From Escherichia coli (lineage in GTDB: Bacteria > Pseudomonadota > Gammaproteobacteria > Enterobacterales > Enterobacteriaceae): a stretch of DNA of 64,000 nt. The notes below the pieces were generated by a model. The model was not told the DNA's origin. It ran no database searches and saw only the letters and a program-made list of their open reading frames with translations. The translations under genes and the position numbers were made by a program. The stretch's first letter is position 1. Each line of letters starts with the position of its first letter. Location of the stretch: assembly GCF_003334355.1 (NCBI RefSeq), contig NZ_QOWP01000001.1. One strand, given 5' to 3'. This document shows, one piece after another, positions 48,094-60,352 of this stretch.

Positions 48094-48537
48094 TTATCCG
48101 CGGCTGATAATGTCCGCTAATTGTTTTTCTGATGATGCTGTTAAGAGTTGTTCGAGTATTTCTTCTTCGCACAGTAATTCACTTAACGTCTGAATAGCGC
48201 CAATGTGCGAATCGGCATCGGCAGCAGAGAGTCCGATGAGTAATTTAATTGGTTCGTCATTCCCCGGAAAATAAACACCTTGTTCAAGTAATGTCAAAGA
48301 CATCCCGGTTTTAAGCGCCCCACATTCCGGTCGCGCATGAGGCATTGCCACGCCTGGTGCGAGAATATAATAAGGGCCATTGTTAATGGTGGAATCTTTA
48401 ATTGCCTGAATGTAATTCTCGCTGATATAGTTTTTATCCAGCAATGATACCATCGAGAAATCGATAGCTTCCTGCCAATCTTTTGCTGAATGTATAACTG
48501 AGATTGATGATTCTGGAAAATAATCACTAAGCCGCAT
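48094..48537 (-). CDS. cmtB: PTS mannitol-family EIIA component (cryptic)
   Basis: 147-aa EIIA(Mtl)-like ORF with a phosphorylatable His region (GVAMPHARPE). Confidence 0.9.
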   Translation of the reverse strand: MRLSDYFPESSISVIHSAKDWQEAIDFSMVSLLDKNYISENYIQAIKDSTINNGPYYILAPGVAMPHARPECGALKTGMSLTLLEQGVYFPGNDEPIKLLIGLSAADADSHIGAIQTLSELLCEEEILEQLLTASSEKQLADIISRG

Positions 48538-48808
48538 AAATTATCCTTATTTTATTTTTAGGGTACCGTCCGGCGGTAAAAATAAAATACTCGTGCGGTT
48601 TAATGAAAGCAATTGAGCAGGGAAACCGGTGTTTTGAAAACAGTTAATTATTAATTTCTTATATAACATTGAGTTATAGTTATAACAACAAATGTCAATA
48701 CGCATATCGTGATGCATATTACATAATTGATATTTATTGCATATAAATATTTGTGATCTACAACACGCTTTATCTATTGCTTGTCCGCAAACGGACATAT
48801 CAAGGTAA

Positions 48809-48839
48809 TAAAAAAGGTCGCCGAAGCGACCTTTTTACC
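48809..48839 (-). terminator. Rho-independent terminator downstream of tktA
   Basis: Minus strand reads aaaGGTCGCttcgGCGACCtttttt. Confidence 0.75.
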
Positions 48840-48850
48840 CGAAATGCTAA

Positions 48851-50842
48851 TTACAGCAGTTCTTTTGCTTTCGCAACAACGTTATCAACAGTGAAGCCGA
48901 ACTCTTCAAACAGCAGCTCTGCCGGAGCAGATTCACCGAAGGTGGTCATACCGACGATAGCACCGTTCAGGCCAACATACTTGTACCAGTAGTCAGCAAT
49001 ACCCGCTTCTACAGCAACGCGTGCAGTAACCGCTTTCGGCAGTACGGATTCACGGTAAGCAGCATCCTGCTTGTCAAATGCGTCGGTAGACGGCATGGAC
49101 ACCACGCGCGCTTTCACGCCTTCGGCAGTCAGTTTTTCGTAGGCAGCAACAGCCAGTTCAACTTCTGAACCGGTAGCGATGAAAATCAGTTCCGGCTGAC
49201 CGGCGCAGTCTTTCAGCACATAACCACCGCGCGCGATGTTTGCCAGTTGCTCTTCAGTTCGTTCCTGCTGCGCCAGGTTCTGACGGGAGAGGATAAGCGC
49301 AGTCGGGCCGTCCTGACGCTCAACGCCGTATTTCCACGCGACCGCGGATTCAACCTGGTCACACGGACGCCATGTAGACATGTTCGGGGTCACGCGCAGA
49401 GAAGCGACCTGCTCAACCGGCTGGTGAGTCGGGCCATCTTCGCCCAGACCGATGGAGTCGTGGGTGTAAACCATCACCTGACGCTGTTTCATCAGCGCAG
49501 CCATACGTACGGCGTTACGTGCGTATTCCACGAACATCAGGAAGGTGGAGGTGTACGGCAGGAAACCACCGTGCAGGGAGATACCGTTAGCAATCGCGGT
49601 CATACCGAACTCGCGAACACCGTAGTGGATGTAGTTACCTGCAGCATCTTCGTTGATTGCTTTAGAACCAGACCACAGGGTCAGGTTAGACGGTGCCAGG
49701 TCAGCAGAGCCGCCGAGGAATTCAGGCAACAGCGGGCCGAACGCTTCGATAGCATTCTGCGACGCTTTACGGCTGGCGATTTTCGCCGGATTAGCCTGCA
49801 GTTTAGCGATAAACTCTTTCGCTTTGGCGTCGAAGTCAGACGGCATTTCGCCTTTCATACGGCGGGTAAATTCAGCCGCTTCCTGCGGATAAGCTTTCGC
49901 GTAAGCCGCAAACTTCTCATTCCATGCAGATTCTTTCGCCTGGCCTGCTTCTTTCGCATCCCACTGAGCATAGATTTCAGACGGGATTTCGAACGGCGCG
50001 TATTTCCAGCCCAGCTGTTCGCGGGTCAGGGCAATTTCAGCGTCGCCCAGCGGCGCACCGTGGGAGTCGTGGGTACCGGCTTTGTTCGGGGAACCGAAAC
50101 CGATGATGGTTTTGCACATCAGCAGGGACGGTTTGTCAGTCACTGCGCGCGCTTCTTCTACTGCGCGTTTGATGGATGCCGCGTCATGACCGTCGATGTC
50201 GCGAATAACGTGCCAGCCGTAAGCTTCGAAACGCATTGCGGTGTCGTCAGTGAACCAGCCTTCAACGTGACCATCGATTGAGATACCGTTGTCATCGTAG
50301 AACGCAATCAGTTTACCCAGCTTCAGCGTACCCGCCAGAGAGCAAACTTCGTGGGAGATGCCTTCCATCATGCAGCCGTCGCCCATGAAGGCGTAGGTGT
50401 AGTGGTCGACAATGTCGTGACCTGGACGGTTAAACTGCGCCGCCAGCGTTTTTTCTGCAATCGCCATACCGACTGCGTTGGCAATACCCTGACCCAGCGG
50501 ACCGGTGGTGGTTTCCACACCAGCGGTATAACCTACTTCCGGGTGGCCCGGAGTTTTAGAGTGCAGCTGACGGAAGTTTTTCAGTTCTTCCATCGGCAGA
50601 TCGTAACCGGTGAGGTGCAGCAGGCTGTAGATCAGCATGGAGCCGTGGCCGTTGGACAGCACGAAGCGGTCACGGTCAGCCCAGGACGGATTCTGCGGGT
50701 TGTGTTTCAGGAAATCACGCCACAGGACTTCGGCAATGTCAGCCATACCCATAGGGGCACCCGGGTGACCGGATTTGGCTTTCTGTACTGCGTCCATGCT
50801 CAGCGCACGAATAGCATTGGCAAGCTCTTTACGTGAGGACAT
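48851..50842 (-). CDS. tktA: Transketolase 1
   Basis: 663 aa from [41 protein letters not shown] (ThDP-binding). Confidence 0.96.
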   Translation of the reverse strand: MSSRKELANAIRALSMDAVQKAKSGHPGAPMGMADIAEVLWRDFLKHNPQNPSWADRDRFVLSNGHGSMLIYSLLHLTGYDLPMEELKNFRQLHSKTPGHPEVGYTAGVETTTGPLGQGIANAVGMAIAEKTLAAQFNRPGHDIVDHYTYAFMGDGCMMEGISHEVCSLAGTLKLGKLIAFYDDNGISIDGHVEGWFTDDTAMRFEAYGWHVIRDIDGHDAASIKRAVEEARAVTDKPSLLMCKTIIGFGSPNKAGTHDSHGAPLGDAEIALTREQLGWKYAPFEIPSEIYAQWDAKEAGQAKESAWNEKFAAYAKAYPQEAAEFTRRMKGEMPSDFDAKAKEFIAKLQANPAKIASRKASQNAIEAFGPLLPEFLGGSADLAPSNLTLWSGSKAINEDAAGNYIHYGVREFGMTAIANGISLHGGFLPYTSTFLMFVEYARNAVRMAALMKQRQVMVYTHDSIGLGEDGPTHQPVEQVASLRVTPNMSTWRPCDQVESAVAWKYGVERQDGPTALILSRQNLAQQERTEEQLANIARGGYVLKDCAGQPELIFIATGSEVELAVAAYEKLTAEGVKARVVSMPSTDAFDKQDAAYRESVLPKAVTARVAVEAGIADYWYKYVGLNGAIVGMTTFGESAPAELLFEEFGFTVDNVVAKAKELL

Positions 50843-51119
50843 TTTGACTCCAGATCGGATGATGAAGGGCACGCCCTTAACGACTTGACGACAGCGCGTT
50901 TTGGGCTACGCCGGAAAATTTGCCAACAATTTACCGCAAGCCGCGCGTCATGTACATGGAACATCCTTTTGCCGCTTCAGAAATCTCTGGATCATGCTCG
51001 CATGTTGCACAATCTACTCGCCCGTCCGCTGCGCTTTTCCTTATACTGAGACTGAGCGTCGATTCACCTGCAAACGGCGCATTTTTAGAATAATCCTGAC
51101 CTTGTGCGGAAGAGAAAAC

Positions 51120-51878
51120 ATGAAAATTCGCGCCTTATTGGTAGCAATGAGCGTGGCAACGGTACTGACCGGTTGCCAGAATATGGACTCCAACGGACTG
51201 CTCTCATCAGGAGCGGAAGCTTTTCAGGCTTACAGTTTGAGTGATGCGCAGGTGAAAGCCCTGAGCGATCAGGCATGTCAGGAGATGGACAGCAAGGCGA
51301 CGATTGCGCCAGCCAATAGCGAATACGCTAAACGTCTGACAACTATTGCCAATGCGCTAGGCAACAATATCAACGGTCAGCCGGTAAATTACAAAGTGTA
51401 TATGGCGAAGGATGTGAACGCCTTTGCAATGGCTAACGGCTGTATCCGTGTCTATAGCGGGCTGATGGATATGATGACGGATAACGAAGTCGAAGCGGTG
51501 ATCGGTCACGAAATGGGGCACGTGGCGTTAGGCCATGTGAAAAAAGGAATGCAGGTGGCACTTGGTACAAATGCCGTGCGAGTAGCTGCGGCCTCTGCGG
51601 GCGGGATTGTCGGAAGTTTATCTCAATCACAACTTGGTAATCTGGGCGAGAAATTAGTCAATTCGCAATTCTCCCAGCGCCAGGAAGCAGAAGCCGATGA
51701 TTATTCTTACGATCTTCTGCGCCAACGCGGCATCAGCCCGGCAGGTCTTGCCACCAGCTTTGAAAAACTGGCAAAACTGGAAGAAGGTCGCCAAAGCTCA
51801 ATGTTTGACGACCATCCTGCATCCGCCGAACGCGCCCAGCATATTCGCGATCGCATGAGCGCGGATGGGATTAAGTAA
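51120..51878 (+). CDS. loiP: Outer-membrane M48 metalloprotease lipoprotein LoiP (YggG)
   Basis: 252 aa from MKIRALLVAMSVATVLTGCQN (lipobox LTGC) with zinc motif HEMGH; the ORF track is extended 73 codons upstream. Confidence 0.92.
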   Translation: MKIRALLVAMSVATVLTGCQNMDSNGLLSSGAEAFQAYSLSDAQVKALSDQACQEMDSKATIAPANSEYAKRLTTIANALGNNINGQPVNYKVYMAKDVNAFAMANGCIRVYSGLMDMMTDNEVEAVIGHEMGHVALGHVKKGMQVALGTNAVRVAAASAGGIVGSLSQSQLGNLGEKLVNSQFSQRQEAEADDYSYDLLRQRGISPAGLATSFEKLAKLEEGRQSSMFDDHPASAERAQHIRDRMSADGIK

Positions 51879-51884
51879 AGCCTG

Positions 51885-52078
<194 letters not shown>

Positions 52079-52083
52079 GGTGC

Positions 52084-53004
52084 TTACTCGCCCTTTTTCG
52101 CCGCCTGAATATACAGCATTTCCAGCGCCAGCGTTGCCGCTGCCAGAGCAGTGATTTCCGACTGATCGTATGCCGGAGCCACTTCCACTACGTCCATCCC
52201 AACAATGTTGAGATCTTTCAGGCCGCGTACCAGTTTAATAGCGCGATCGGAGGTCAGGCCGCCAATCACTGGCGTACCGGTGCCTGGTGCAAAAGCAGGA
52301 TCCAGGCAGTCGATATCAAAAGTCAGGTAAACCGGCATATCACCCACAATCTGTTTCACTTGGGCGATAACGTCATCCACGCTGCGATCGTTCACCTGGC
52401 AGGCGTCCAGCACGGTAAAGCCGTTGTCTTTATCAAACTCGGTACGAATACCAATCTGCACGGAATGATTCGGGTCGATCAGACCTTCTTTCGGCGCGGT
52501 ATAGAACATAGTGCCGTGGTCAAATTCACAACCGTTCGCATAGGTATCGGTGTGGGCGTCAAAGTGTACCAGCGCCATTTTGCCGAAATGCTTCGCATGA
52601 GCACGCAGCAGCGGCAGCGTAACAAAGTGGTCACCACCGAAAGAGAGCATACGCTTACCGGCAGCCAGCAGCTTCTCGGCGTGCGCCTGCAGCTTTTCGC
52701 TCATCTCACGGGCATCGCCAAAGGCATATACCAGATCGCCGCAGTCCACGACGTTCAGACGCTCACGCATGTCGAAATTCCACGGGAAGCGGTTGTGTTC
52801 CCAGGCCAGATTCGTCGAAACCTGACGGATCGCTGCCGGACCGTGGCGACCACCCGCACGACCAGAAGTGGCCATATCGAACGGCACGCCAGTAATCACC
52901 CAGTCTGCATCGCTGTCATACGGCTGGAAGTTCATCGGCAGGCGTAAAAAACCAAAGGCATTGGAAACCAGTGAGTTATCGTATTGATGACCTAAGGTGC
53001 TCAT
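52084..53004 (-). CDS. speB: Agmatinase (agmatine ureohydrolase)
   Basis: 306 aa, [29 protein letters not shown]...; arginase-fold metal ligands (GGDH, DAHTD). Confidence 0.95.
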   Translation of the reverse strand: MSTLGHQYDNSLVSNAFGFLRLPMNFQPYDSDADWVITGVPFDMATSGRAGGRHGPAAIRQVSTNLAWEHNRFPWNFDMRERLNVVDCGDLVYAFGDAREMSEKLQAHAEKLLAAGKRMLSFGGDHFVTLPLLRAHAKHFGKMALVHFDAHTDTYANGCEFDHGTMFYTAPKEGLIDPNHSVQIGIRTEFDKDNGFTVLDACQVNDRSVDDVIAQVKQIVGDMPVYLTFDIDCLDPAFAPGTGTPVIGGLTSDRAIKLVRGLKDLNIVGMDVVEVAPAYDQSEITALAAATLALEMLYIQAAKKGE

Positions 53005-53141
53005 GGATGGACTCCTATTACAAAGTCGATATAAAAAAACCCTTCCGCGTCGTTAGGCCCGACGAGGAAGGGTTGGATTTGTCACAATAAATTGTGGCGG
53101 ATTATCACCGCTAAATTAAGCGGATTCAAGTAACACAGGAC

Positions 53142-55118
53142 TTACTCATCTTCAAGATAAGTATAACCGTACAAACCTGCCTCGAACTCTTCAAGGAACT
53201 GTTGTTGCAGTTCAGCATCAAGATCGGTTTTCTTCACTTGATCGCGGAACTGGGTTAACAGCGTTTTCGGATCGAGCTGTACATATTGCAGCATGTCCGC
53301 CACGGTATCGCCTTCGTCAGACAGTTCTACTTCTACGCTACCGTCAGGGAAGACGAACACGTCAACCGCTTCGGTATCACCGAACAGGTTGTGCATGTTG
53401 CCGAGGATCTCCTGATATGCGCCGACCATAAAGAAACCGAGCATCGGCGGATTCTCTGGATCGTACTCCGGCATTGGCATTGTCGTGGCAATACCGTCAC
53501 CATCAATATAGTGGTCGATAGCACCGTCAGAGTCACAGGTAATATCCAGCAGCACAGCGCGACGTTCCGGCACTTGATCCAGCCCTTCCAGCGGCAGAAC
53601 CGGGAACAACTGGTCGATCCCCCATGCGTCCGGCATCGACTGGAACAGCGAGAAGTTGACGTACATTTTGTCCGCCATACGTTCCTGCAGCTCGTCGATA
53701 ATCGGACGATGAGCACGGTTTTGCGGATCCAGCTGCTTTTGCACTTCATGGCACATGCTCAAATAAAGCTGCTCAGCCCATGCACGTTCTTGCAGGCTAA
53801 AGGTGCCGGAAGAGTAGCCGATATGAATGTCGTGCAGATCCATCTGACTGTCGTGTAACCATTCACGCAGAGAACGGCGAGTTCCCGGTTCGTGCATCTC
53901 CTGCCAGGTTTCCCACATGCTTTGCAGCGCGCGCGGCGCATCTTCTGCAGGCGCGGTCGGCACCGTGTATTCGTTACGTTCCACGCCGATGATATTAGAC
54001 ACCAGCACGGTGTGATGCGCAGTCACCGCACGACCCGATTCGGTGATTACCGTCGGATGCGGCAGACCGTTTTCTTCACACGCATCACCAATCGCCCAGA
54101 TGATGTTGTTGGCATATTCATTGAGGCCGTAGTTTACGGAGCAGTCAGACTGCGAACGGGTGCCTTCATAGTCCACGCCCAGACCGCCGCCGACGTCGAA
54201 GCACTGAATATTGACGCCCAGCTTGTGCAGTTCCACATAGAAACGCGCCGATTCACGAACGCCTGTGGCGATATCGCGAATATTCGCCATCTGCGAACCG
54301 AGGTGGAAGTGCAGTAGTTGCAGGCTGTCGAGACGCCCGGCTTCACGCAGGGTTTCAACCAGTTGCAGTACCTGAGTCGCAGCCAGGCCGAACTTCGATT
54401 TTTCCCCGCCGGAGGACTGCCATTTACCCGAGCCCTGCGAAGCCAGACGTGCACGCACGCCCAGACGAGGAACGACATTCAGACGTTCTGCTTCATCCAG
54501 CACAATGGCGATTTCTGACATCTTCTCAATGACCAGGTAGACCTTGTGGCCCATCTTCTCGCCAATTAATGCCAGGCGGATATATTCGCGGTCTTTATAA
54601 CCGTTGCAGACGATGACGCTACGGGTCATGCCAGCATGTGCCAGCACCGCCATCAACTCTGCTTTCGAGCCTGCTTCCAGTCCCAGCGGTTCGCCCGAAT
54701 GAATCAGGGACTCAATCACGCGGCGGTGCTGGTTAACTTTGATCGGATAAACAAGGAAGTAATCGCCGTTATAGCCGTAGGATTCCCGCGCACGTTTGAA
54801 CGCGGCGTTAATGGAACGCAAACGGTGCTGCAGGATCTGTGGGAAACAGAACAGTGCAGGCAGACGCTGACCCTGTGCTTCACGAGTTTTCACTAACTGC
54901 GCGAGATCGACGCGAGCTTCCGGGACGTCCGGGTCCGGGCACACGCTGATGTGGCCCAGCTCGTTAACGTCATAGTAGTTATTGCCCCACCAGGCAATAT
55001 TGTAAGTACGCAGCATCTTGCTGGCTTCCTGGGAGCTCATTGCAACCTCCTGCATGGAGCGTAGTACACCGTGTTCGCCCGCTGACGAAGGCAAACCCAT
55101 AGACATGTCGTCAGACAT
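53142..55118 (-). CDS. speA: Biosynthetic arginine decarboxylase (PLP-dependent)
   Basis: 658 aa from [45 protein letters not shown]. Confidence 0.95.
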
Positions 55119-55126
55119 AGCGAACC

Positions 55127-55258
55127 TCAAATTATTTTATTAAGTGTAAAACAGTTAACGACTATCGCAGCCTGGAACTGCGATAACAACCCATAAGCAC
55201 ATGGATTTTCCAGCAGTGTATGCTGACGCTCCGACTGCGCAACCGGTTTCTTTTTCAT
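55127..55258 (-). CDS. yqgB: Small protein YqgB (43 aa) immediately upstream of speA
   Basis: Hand translation of the minus strand: ATG AAA AAG AAA CCG GTT GCG CAG TCG GAG CGT CAG CAT ACA CTG CTG GAA AAT CCA TGT GCT TAT GGG TTG TTA TCG CAG TTC CAG GCT GCG ATA GTC GTT AAC TGT TTT ACA CTT AAT AAA ATA ATT TGA; the stop lies 9 nt before the speA ATG. Confidence 0.7.
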
Positions 55259-55393
55259 AACATTATTAAGCACATAACCGAACGTAAGTGTGACAGTTCG
55301 GCGAAACCACGAGAAAACTCTTGTTTTTACAAGAGCGCCCTTGTTCAGTCCTCAGTAACTGTAACCAGCTCTTGAATCCTGAGAAGCGCCGAG

Positions 55394-55609
55394 ATGGGTA
55401 TAACATCGGCAGGTATGCAAAGCAGAGATGCAGAGTGCGGGGAACGAATCTTCACCAGAACGGTGAGACAGGTTAAGCAGCAGACAACGGTTCATTATTT
55501 CGTATCACCTCCACGGCCGCCTGTTAAGACGAACCCACAAGCCAAAACTCTGATTTCAACCCGGCTGGAAGTGGCAACACGAAAAAAACGTCGTGTGCTT
55601 TTTATTTAA
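55394..55609 (+). CDS. yqgC: Hypothetical small ORF (71 aa; yqgC position in K-12 annotation)
   Basis: ORF-track entry only; no recognisable domain; lies in the speA-metK regulatory intergenic region. Confidence 0.3.
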
Positions 55610-55872
55610 GCCGCGCGCCGCGTTTTATACCCCACAATGGCAGAAAATTGCAAAAGATAAATACGCAGAATGCCGGCATTGTCAGGAAAAATTTCCAGCC
55701 ACGTTTTTAACAGAATGAGACACGATTCAAAAAAAAGTGGAAATCGGGTGAAGAATTGACCTAAAATAGCCATCCAGATGTTAATCCATCCATACCGATT
55801 AACACTCAGACTGCCAGTGTTTTTAACCTGCAGAGTCGTGGTAGGATCCGCTACCACAGAAAATCCACACAA
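55606..55872 (-). CDS. yqgD: Hypothetical small ORF (yqgD position in K-12 annotation)
   Basis: ORF-track entry with a non-ATG start; no recognisable domain; overlaps the metK promoter region. Confidence 0.25.
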
Positions 55873-55912
55873 CAGTTTGAGCTAACCAAATTCTCTTTAG
55901 GTGATATTAAAT

Positions 55913-57067
55913 ATGGCAAAACACCTTTTTACGTCCGAGTCCGTCTCTGAAGGGCATCCTGACAAAATTGCTGACCAAATCTCTGATGCCGTTTTAGACG
56001 CGATCCTCGAACAGGATCCGAAAGCACGCGTTGCTTGCGAAACCTACGTAAAAACCGGCATGGTTTTAGTTGGCGGCGAAATCACCACTAGCGCCTGGGT
56101 AGACATCGAAGAGATCACCCGTAACACCGTTCGCGAAATTGGCTATGTACATTCCGACATGGGCTTTGACGCTAACTCCTGTGCGGTTCTGAGTGCTATC
56201 GGCAAACAGTCTCCTGACATCAACCAGGGCGTTGACCGTGCCGATCCGCTGGAACAGGGCGCGGGTGACCAGGGTCTGATGTTTGGCTACGCAACTAATG
56301 AAACCGACGTGCTGATGCCAGCACCTATCACCTATGCACACCGTCTGGTACAGCGTCAGGCTGAAGTGCGTAAAAACGGTACTCTGCCGTGGCTGCGCCC
56401 GGACGCGAAAAGCCAGGTGACTTTCCAGTATGACGACGGCAAAATCGTTGGTATTGATGCTGTCGTGCTTTCCACTCAGCACTCTGAAGAGATCGACCAG
56501 AAATCGCTGCAAGAAGCGGTAATGGAAGAGATCATCAAGCCGATTCTGCCCGCTGAATGGCTGACTTCTGCCACCAAATTCTTCATCAACCCGACCGGTC
56601 GTTTTGTTATCGGTGGCCCGATGGGTGACTGCGGTCTGACTGGTCGTAAAATTATCGTTGATACCTACGGCGGCATGGCACGTCACGGTGGCGGAGCATT
56701 CTCTGGTAAAGATCCATCAAAAGTGGACCGTTCCGCAGCCTACGCAGCACGTTATGTCGCGAAAAACATCGTTGCTGCTGGCCTGGCCGATCGTTGTGAA
56801 ATTCAGGTTTCCTACGCAATCGGCGTGGCTGAACCGACCTCCATCATGGTAGAAACTTTCGGTACTGAGAAAGTGCCTTCTGAACAACTGACTCTGCTGG
56901 TACGTGAGTTCTTCGACCTGCGCCCATACGGTCTGATTCAGATGCTGGATCTGCTGCACCCGATCTACAAAGAAACCGCAGCATACGGTCACTTTGGTCG
57001 TGAACATTTCCCGTGGGAAAAAACCGACAAAGCGCAGCTGCTGCGCGATGCTGCCGGTCTGAAGTAA
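55913..57067 (+). CDS. metK: S-adenosylmethionine synthetase
   Basis: 384 aa from [32 protein letters not shown]; SD taggtgatattaaat before the ATG. Confidence 0.97.
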
Positions 57068-57087
57068 TCTTTCTTCACCTGCTTTCA

Positions 57088-57118
57088 AAGGCCAGCCTCG
57101 CGCTGGCCTTTTTCTTTT
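57088..57118 (+). terminator. Rho-independent terminator downstream of metK
   Basis: aaaGGCCAGCctcgcGCTGGCCtttttctttt. Confidence 0.75.
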
Positions 57119-57502
57119 ACCTCACCGCGGTGGATAGGCATTCACGCCGCATCCGGCAAAAAGCTGCCCGCACAATAACATCATTCTTCCTCAACACGTT
57201 TTATCGCAAATTATCATCACTACTGAAACCGATTACACCAATAACACCAGCCAAATATTTGTAATATTTTCATATTATTATTCAGTTTTCACAGTTGTTA
57301 CATTTCTTTTCAGTAAAGTCTTAATTGCAGATAACAGCGTTTAATCTATGATGATATAACTCAATTATTTTCATGCACTTAAACCATAACTAAGATAAAT
57401 GTTAGTGTAAGCGATTACACTGATGTGATTTGCTTCACATCTTTTTACGTCGTACTCACCTATCTTAATTCACAATAAAAAATAACCATATTGGAGGGCA
57501 TC

Positions 57503-58897
57503 ATGCCTGACGCTAAAAAACAGGGGCGGTCAAACAAGGCAATGACGTTTTTCGTCTGCTTCCTTGCCGCTCTGGCGGGATTACTCTTTGGCCTGGATAT
57601 CGGTGTAATTGCTGGCGCACTGCCGTTTATTGCAGATGAATTCCAGATTACTTCGCACACGCAAGAATGGGTCGTAAGCTCCATGATGTTCGGTGCGGCA
57701 GTCGGTGCGGTGGGCAGCGGCTGGCTCTCCTTTAAACTCGGGCGCAAAAAGAGCCTGATGATCGGCGCAATTTTGTTTGTTGCCGGTTCGCTGTTCTCTG
57801 CGGCTGCGCCAAACGTTGAAGTACTGATTCTTTCCCGCGTTCTACTGGGGCTGGCGGTGGGTGTGGCCTCTTATACCGCACCGCTGTACCTCTCTGAAAT
57901 TGCGCCGGAAAAAATTCGTGGCAGTATGATCTCGATGTATCAGTTGATGATCACTATCGGGATCCTCGGTGCTTATCTTTCTGATACAGCCTTCAGCTAC
58001 ACCGGTGCATGGCGCTGGATGCTGGGTGTGATTATCATCCCGGCAATTTTGCTGCTGATTGGTGTCTTCTTCCTGCCAGACAGCCCACGTTGGTTTGCCG
58101 CCAAACGCCGTTTTGTTGATGCCGAACGCGTGCTGCTACGCCTGCGTGACACCAGCGCGGAAGCGAAACGCGAACTGGATGAAATCCGTGAAAGTTTGCA
58201 GGTTAAACAGAGTGGCTGGGCGCTGTTTAAAGAGAACAGCAACTTCCGCCGCGCGGTGTTCCTTGGCGTACTGTTGCAGGTAATGCAGCAATTCACCGGG
58301 ATGAACGTCATCATGTATTACGCGCCGAAAATCTTCGAACTGGCGGGTTATACCAACACTACCGAGCAAATGTGGGGGACCGTGATTGTCGGCCTGACCA
58401 ACGTACTTGCCACCTTTATCGCAATCGGCCTTGTTGACCGCTGGGGACGTAAACCAACGCTAACGCTGGGCTTCCTGGTGATGGCTGCTGGCATGGGCGT
58501 ACTCGGTACAATGATGCATATCGGTATTCACTCTCCGTCGGCGCAGTATTTCGCCATCGCCATGCTGCTGATGTTTATTGTCGGTTTTGCCATGAGTGCC
58601 GGTCCGCTGATTTGGGTACTGTGCTCCGAAATTCAGCCGCTGAAAGGCCGCGATTTTGGCATCACCTGCTCCACTGCCACCAACTGGATTGCCAACATGA
58701 TCGTTGGCGCAACGTTCCTGACCATGCTCAACACGCTGGGTAACGCCAACACCTTCTGGGTGTATGCGGCTCTGAACGTACTGTTTATCCTGCTGACATT
58801 GTGGCTGGTACCGGAAACCAAACACGTTTCGCTGGAACATATTGAACGTAATCTGATGAAAGGTCGTAAACTGCGCGAAATAGGCGCTCACGATTAA
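57503..58897 (+). CDS. galP: Galactose:H+ symporter (MFS sugar porter)
   Basis: 464 aa from [43 protein letters not shown]; the ORF track starts at an upstream TTG. Confidence 0.95.
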   Translation: MPDAKKQGRSNKAMTFFVCFLAALAGLLFGLDIGVIAGALPFIADEFQITSHTQEWVVSSMMFGAAVGAVGSGWLSFKLGRKKSLMIGAILFVAGSLFSAAAPNVEVLILSRVLLGLAVGVASYTAPLYLSEIAPEKIRGSMISMYQLMITIGILGAYLSDTAFSYTGAWRWMLGVIIIPAILLLIGVFFLPDSPRWFAAKRRFVDAERVLLRLRDTSAEAKRELDEIRESLQVKQSGWALFKENSNFRRAVFLGVLLQVMQQFTGMNVIMYYAPKIFELAGYTNTTEQMWGTVIVGLTNVLATFIAIGLVDRWGRKPTLTLGFLVMAAGMGVLGTMMHIGIHSPSAQYFAIAMLLMFIVGFAMSAGPLIWVLCSEIQPLKGRDFGITCSTATNWIANMIVGATFLTMLNTLGNANTFWVYAALNVLFILLTLWLVPETKHVSLEHIERNLMKGRKLREIGAHD

Positions 58898-58973
58898 TCT
58901 CCCCAAGCTTCCTCCCATCGCGGAGGAAGCCACCTCTTGCAGTCATCTTTTCTTCGCTCTATCCTCTGCCGCT

Positions 58974-59471
58974 ATGAAAACATCCCGTCTCCCTATCGCC
59001 ATCCAACAGGCCGTTATGCGTCGCCTGCGGGAAAAACTCGCCCAGGCCAACCTGAAGCTAGGGCGTAACTACCCGGAGCCAAAACTCTCTTACACCCAGC
59101 GCGGAACCTCCGCCGGAACAGCCTGGCTGGAAAGCTATGAAATTCGCCTCAATCCCGTTTTGCTGTTGGAAAACAGTGAAGCCTTTATTGAAGAAGTGGT
59201 GCCGCACGAACTGGCACATTTGCTGGTATGGAAACATTTCGGCCGCGTAGCGCCACATGGCAAAGAGTGGAAGTGGATGATGGAAAACGTGCTGGGTGTT
59301 CCCGCCCGTCGTACGCATCAGTTCGAACTGCAATCCGTGCGTCGCAACACCTTCCCCTACCGCTGCAAGTGCCAGGAGCATCAGCTTACCGTACGCCGCC
59401 ATAATCGCGTAGTTCGTGGCGAGGCCGTCTATCGCTGTGTTCACTGCGGTGAACAGCTGGTTGCGAAATAA
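58974..59471 (+). CDS. sprT: SprT-like zinc-metalloprotease-fold protein
   Basis: 165 aa with HExxH ([12 protein letters not shown]) and a C-terminal Cys-rich zinc ribbon (CKCQEHQ…CVHCG). Confidence 0.9.
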   Translation: MKTSRLPIAIQQAVMRRLREKLAQANLKLGRNYPEPKLSYTQRGTSAGTAWLESYEIRLNPVLLLENSEAFIEEVVPHELAHLLVWKHFGRVAPHGKEWKWMMENVLGVPARRTHQFELQSVRRNTFPYRCKCQEHQLTVRRHNRVVRGEAVYRCVHCGEQLVAK

Positions 59472-59565
59472 CCATCTGAACTATCAGGAACTTTCCTGAT
59501 CTGGCTGATTGCATACCAAAACAACTTTCGCTACGTTGCTGGCTCGTTTTAACACGGAGTAAGTG

Positions 59566-60273
59566 ATGTACCGTTATTTGTCTATTGCTGCGGTGGTACT
59601 GAGCGCAGCATTTTCCGGCCCGGCGTTGGCCGAAGGTATCAATAGTTTTTCTCAGGCGAAAGCCGCGGCGGTAAAAGTCCACGCTGACGCGCCCGGTACG
59701 TTTTATTGCGGATGTAAAATTAACTGGCAGGGCAAAAAAGGCGTTGTTGATCTGCAATCGTGCGGCTATCAGGTGCGCAAAAATGAAAACCGCGCCAGCC
59801 GCGTAGAGTGGGAACATGTCGTTCCCGCCTGGCAGTTCGGTCACCAGCGCCAGTGCTGGCAGGACGGTGGACGTAAAAACTGCGCTAAAGATCCGGTCTA
59901 TCGCAAGATGGAAAGCGATATGCATAACCTGCAGCCGTCAGTCGGTGAGGTGAATGGCGATCGCGGCAACTTTATGTACAGCCAGTGGAATGGCGGTGAA
60001 GGCCAGTACGGTCAATGCGCCATGAAGGTCGATTTCAAAGAAAAAGCTGCCGAACCACCAGCGCGTGCACGCGGTGCCATTGCGCGCACCTACTTCTATA
60101 TGCGCGACCAATACAACCTGACACTCTCTCGCCAGCAAACGCAGCTGTTCAACGCATGGAACAAGATGTATCCGGTTACCGACTGGGAGTGCGAGCGCGA
60201 TGAACGCATCGCGAAGGTGCAGGGCAATCATAACCCGTATGTGCAACGCGCTTGCCAGGCGCGAAAGAGCTAA
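59566..60273 (+). CDS. endA: Periplasmic DNA endonuclease I
   Basis: 235 aa from [22 protein letters not shown] (signal peptide); the ORF track starts one codon upstream at GTG. Confidence 0.93.
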
Positions 60274-60352
60274 CCTACACTAGCGGGATTCTTTTTGTTA
60301 ACCCCTACCCCACGCGTACAACCGCGTGGGGAGACGACGCGGATTTTTAACT

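Noticed and set aside
46678-48537. cmtA/cmtB as the functional mannitol PTS
   Set aside because: These are mannitol-family paralogues split into separate EIICB and EIIA genes within a different operon context (yggPFDC), and no mannitol-1-phosphate dehydrogenase is present, so the substrate is probably not mannitol. Kept as a finding with unknown substrate rather than annotated as mtlA.
55394-55872. yqgC/yqgD small ORFs as confident protein-coding genes
   Set aside because: No domain signatures, a non-ATG start for one of them, and they overlap the metK promoter/regulatory region. Listed as low-confidence features only.
59566-60273. Endonuclease gene as a possible restriction or defence nuclease
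   Set aside because: It has a signal peptide and matches periplasmic non-specific endonuclease I (endA); there is no adjacent methyltransferase or specificity subunit.
60308-60330. Inverted repeat ccccacgcgtacaaccgcgtgggg between endA and rsmE as an intrinsic terminator
   Set aside because: It is a good hairpin but is not followed directly by a U-tract (gagacgacgcggattttt), so the terminator call is too uncertain; it may be a REP-like element or an attenuator.
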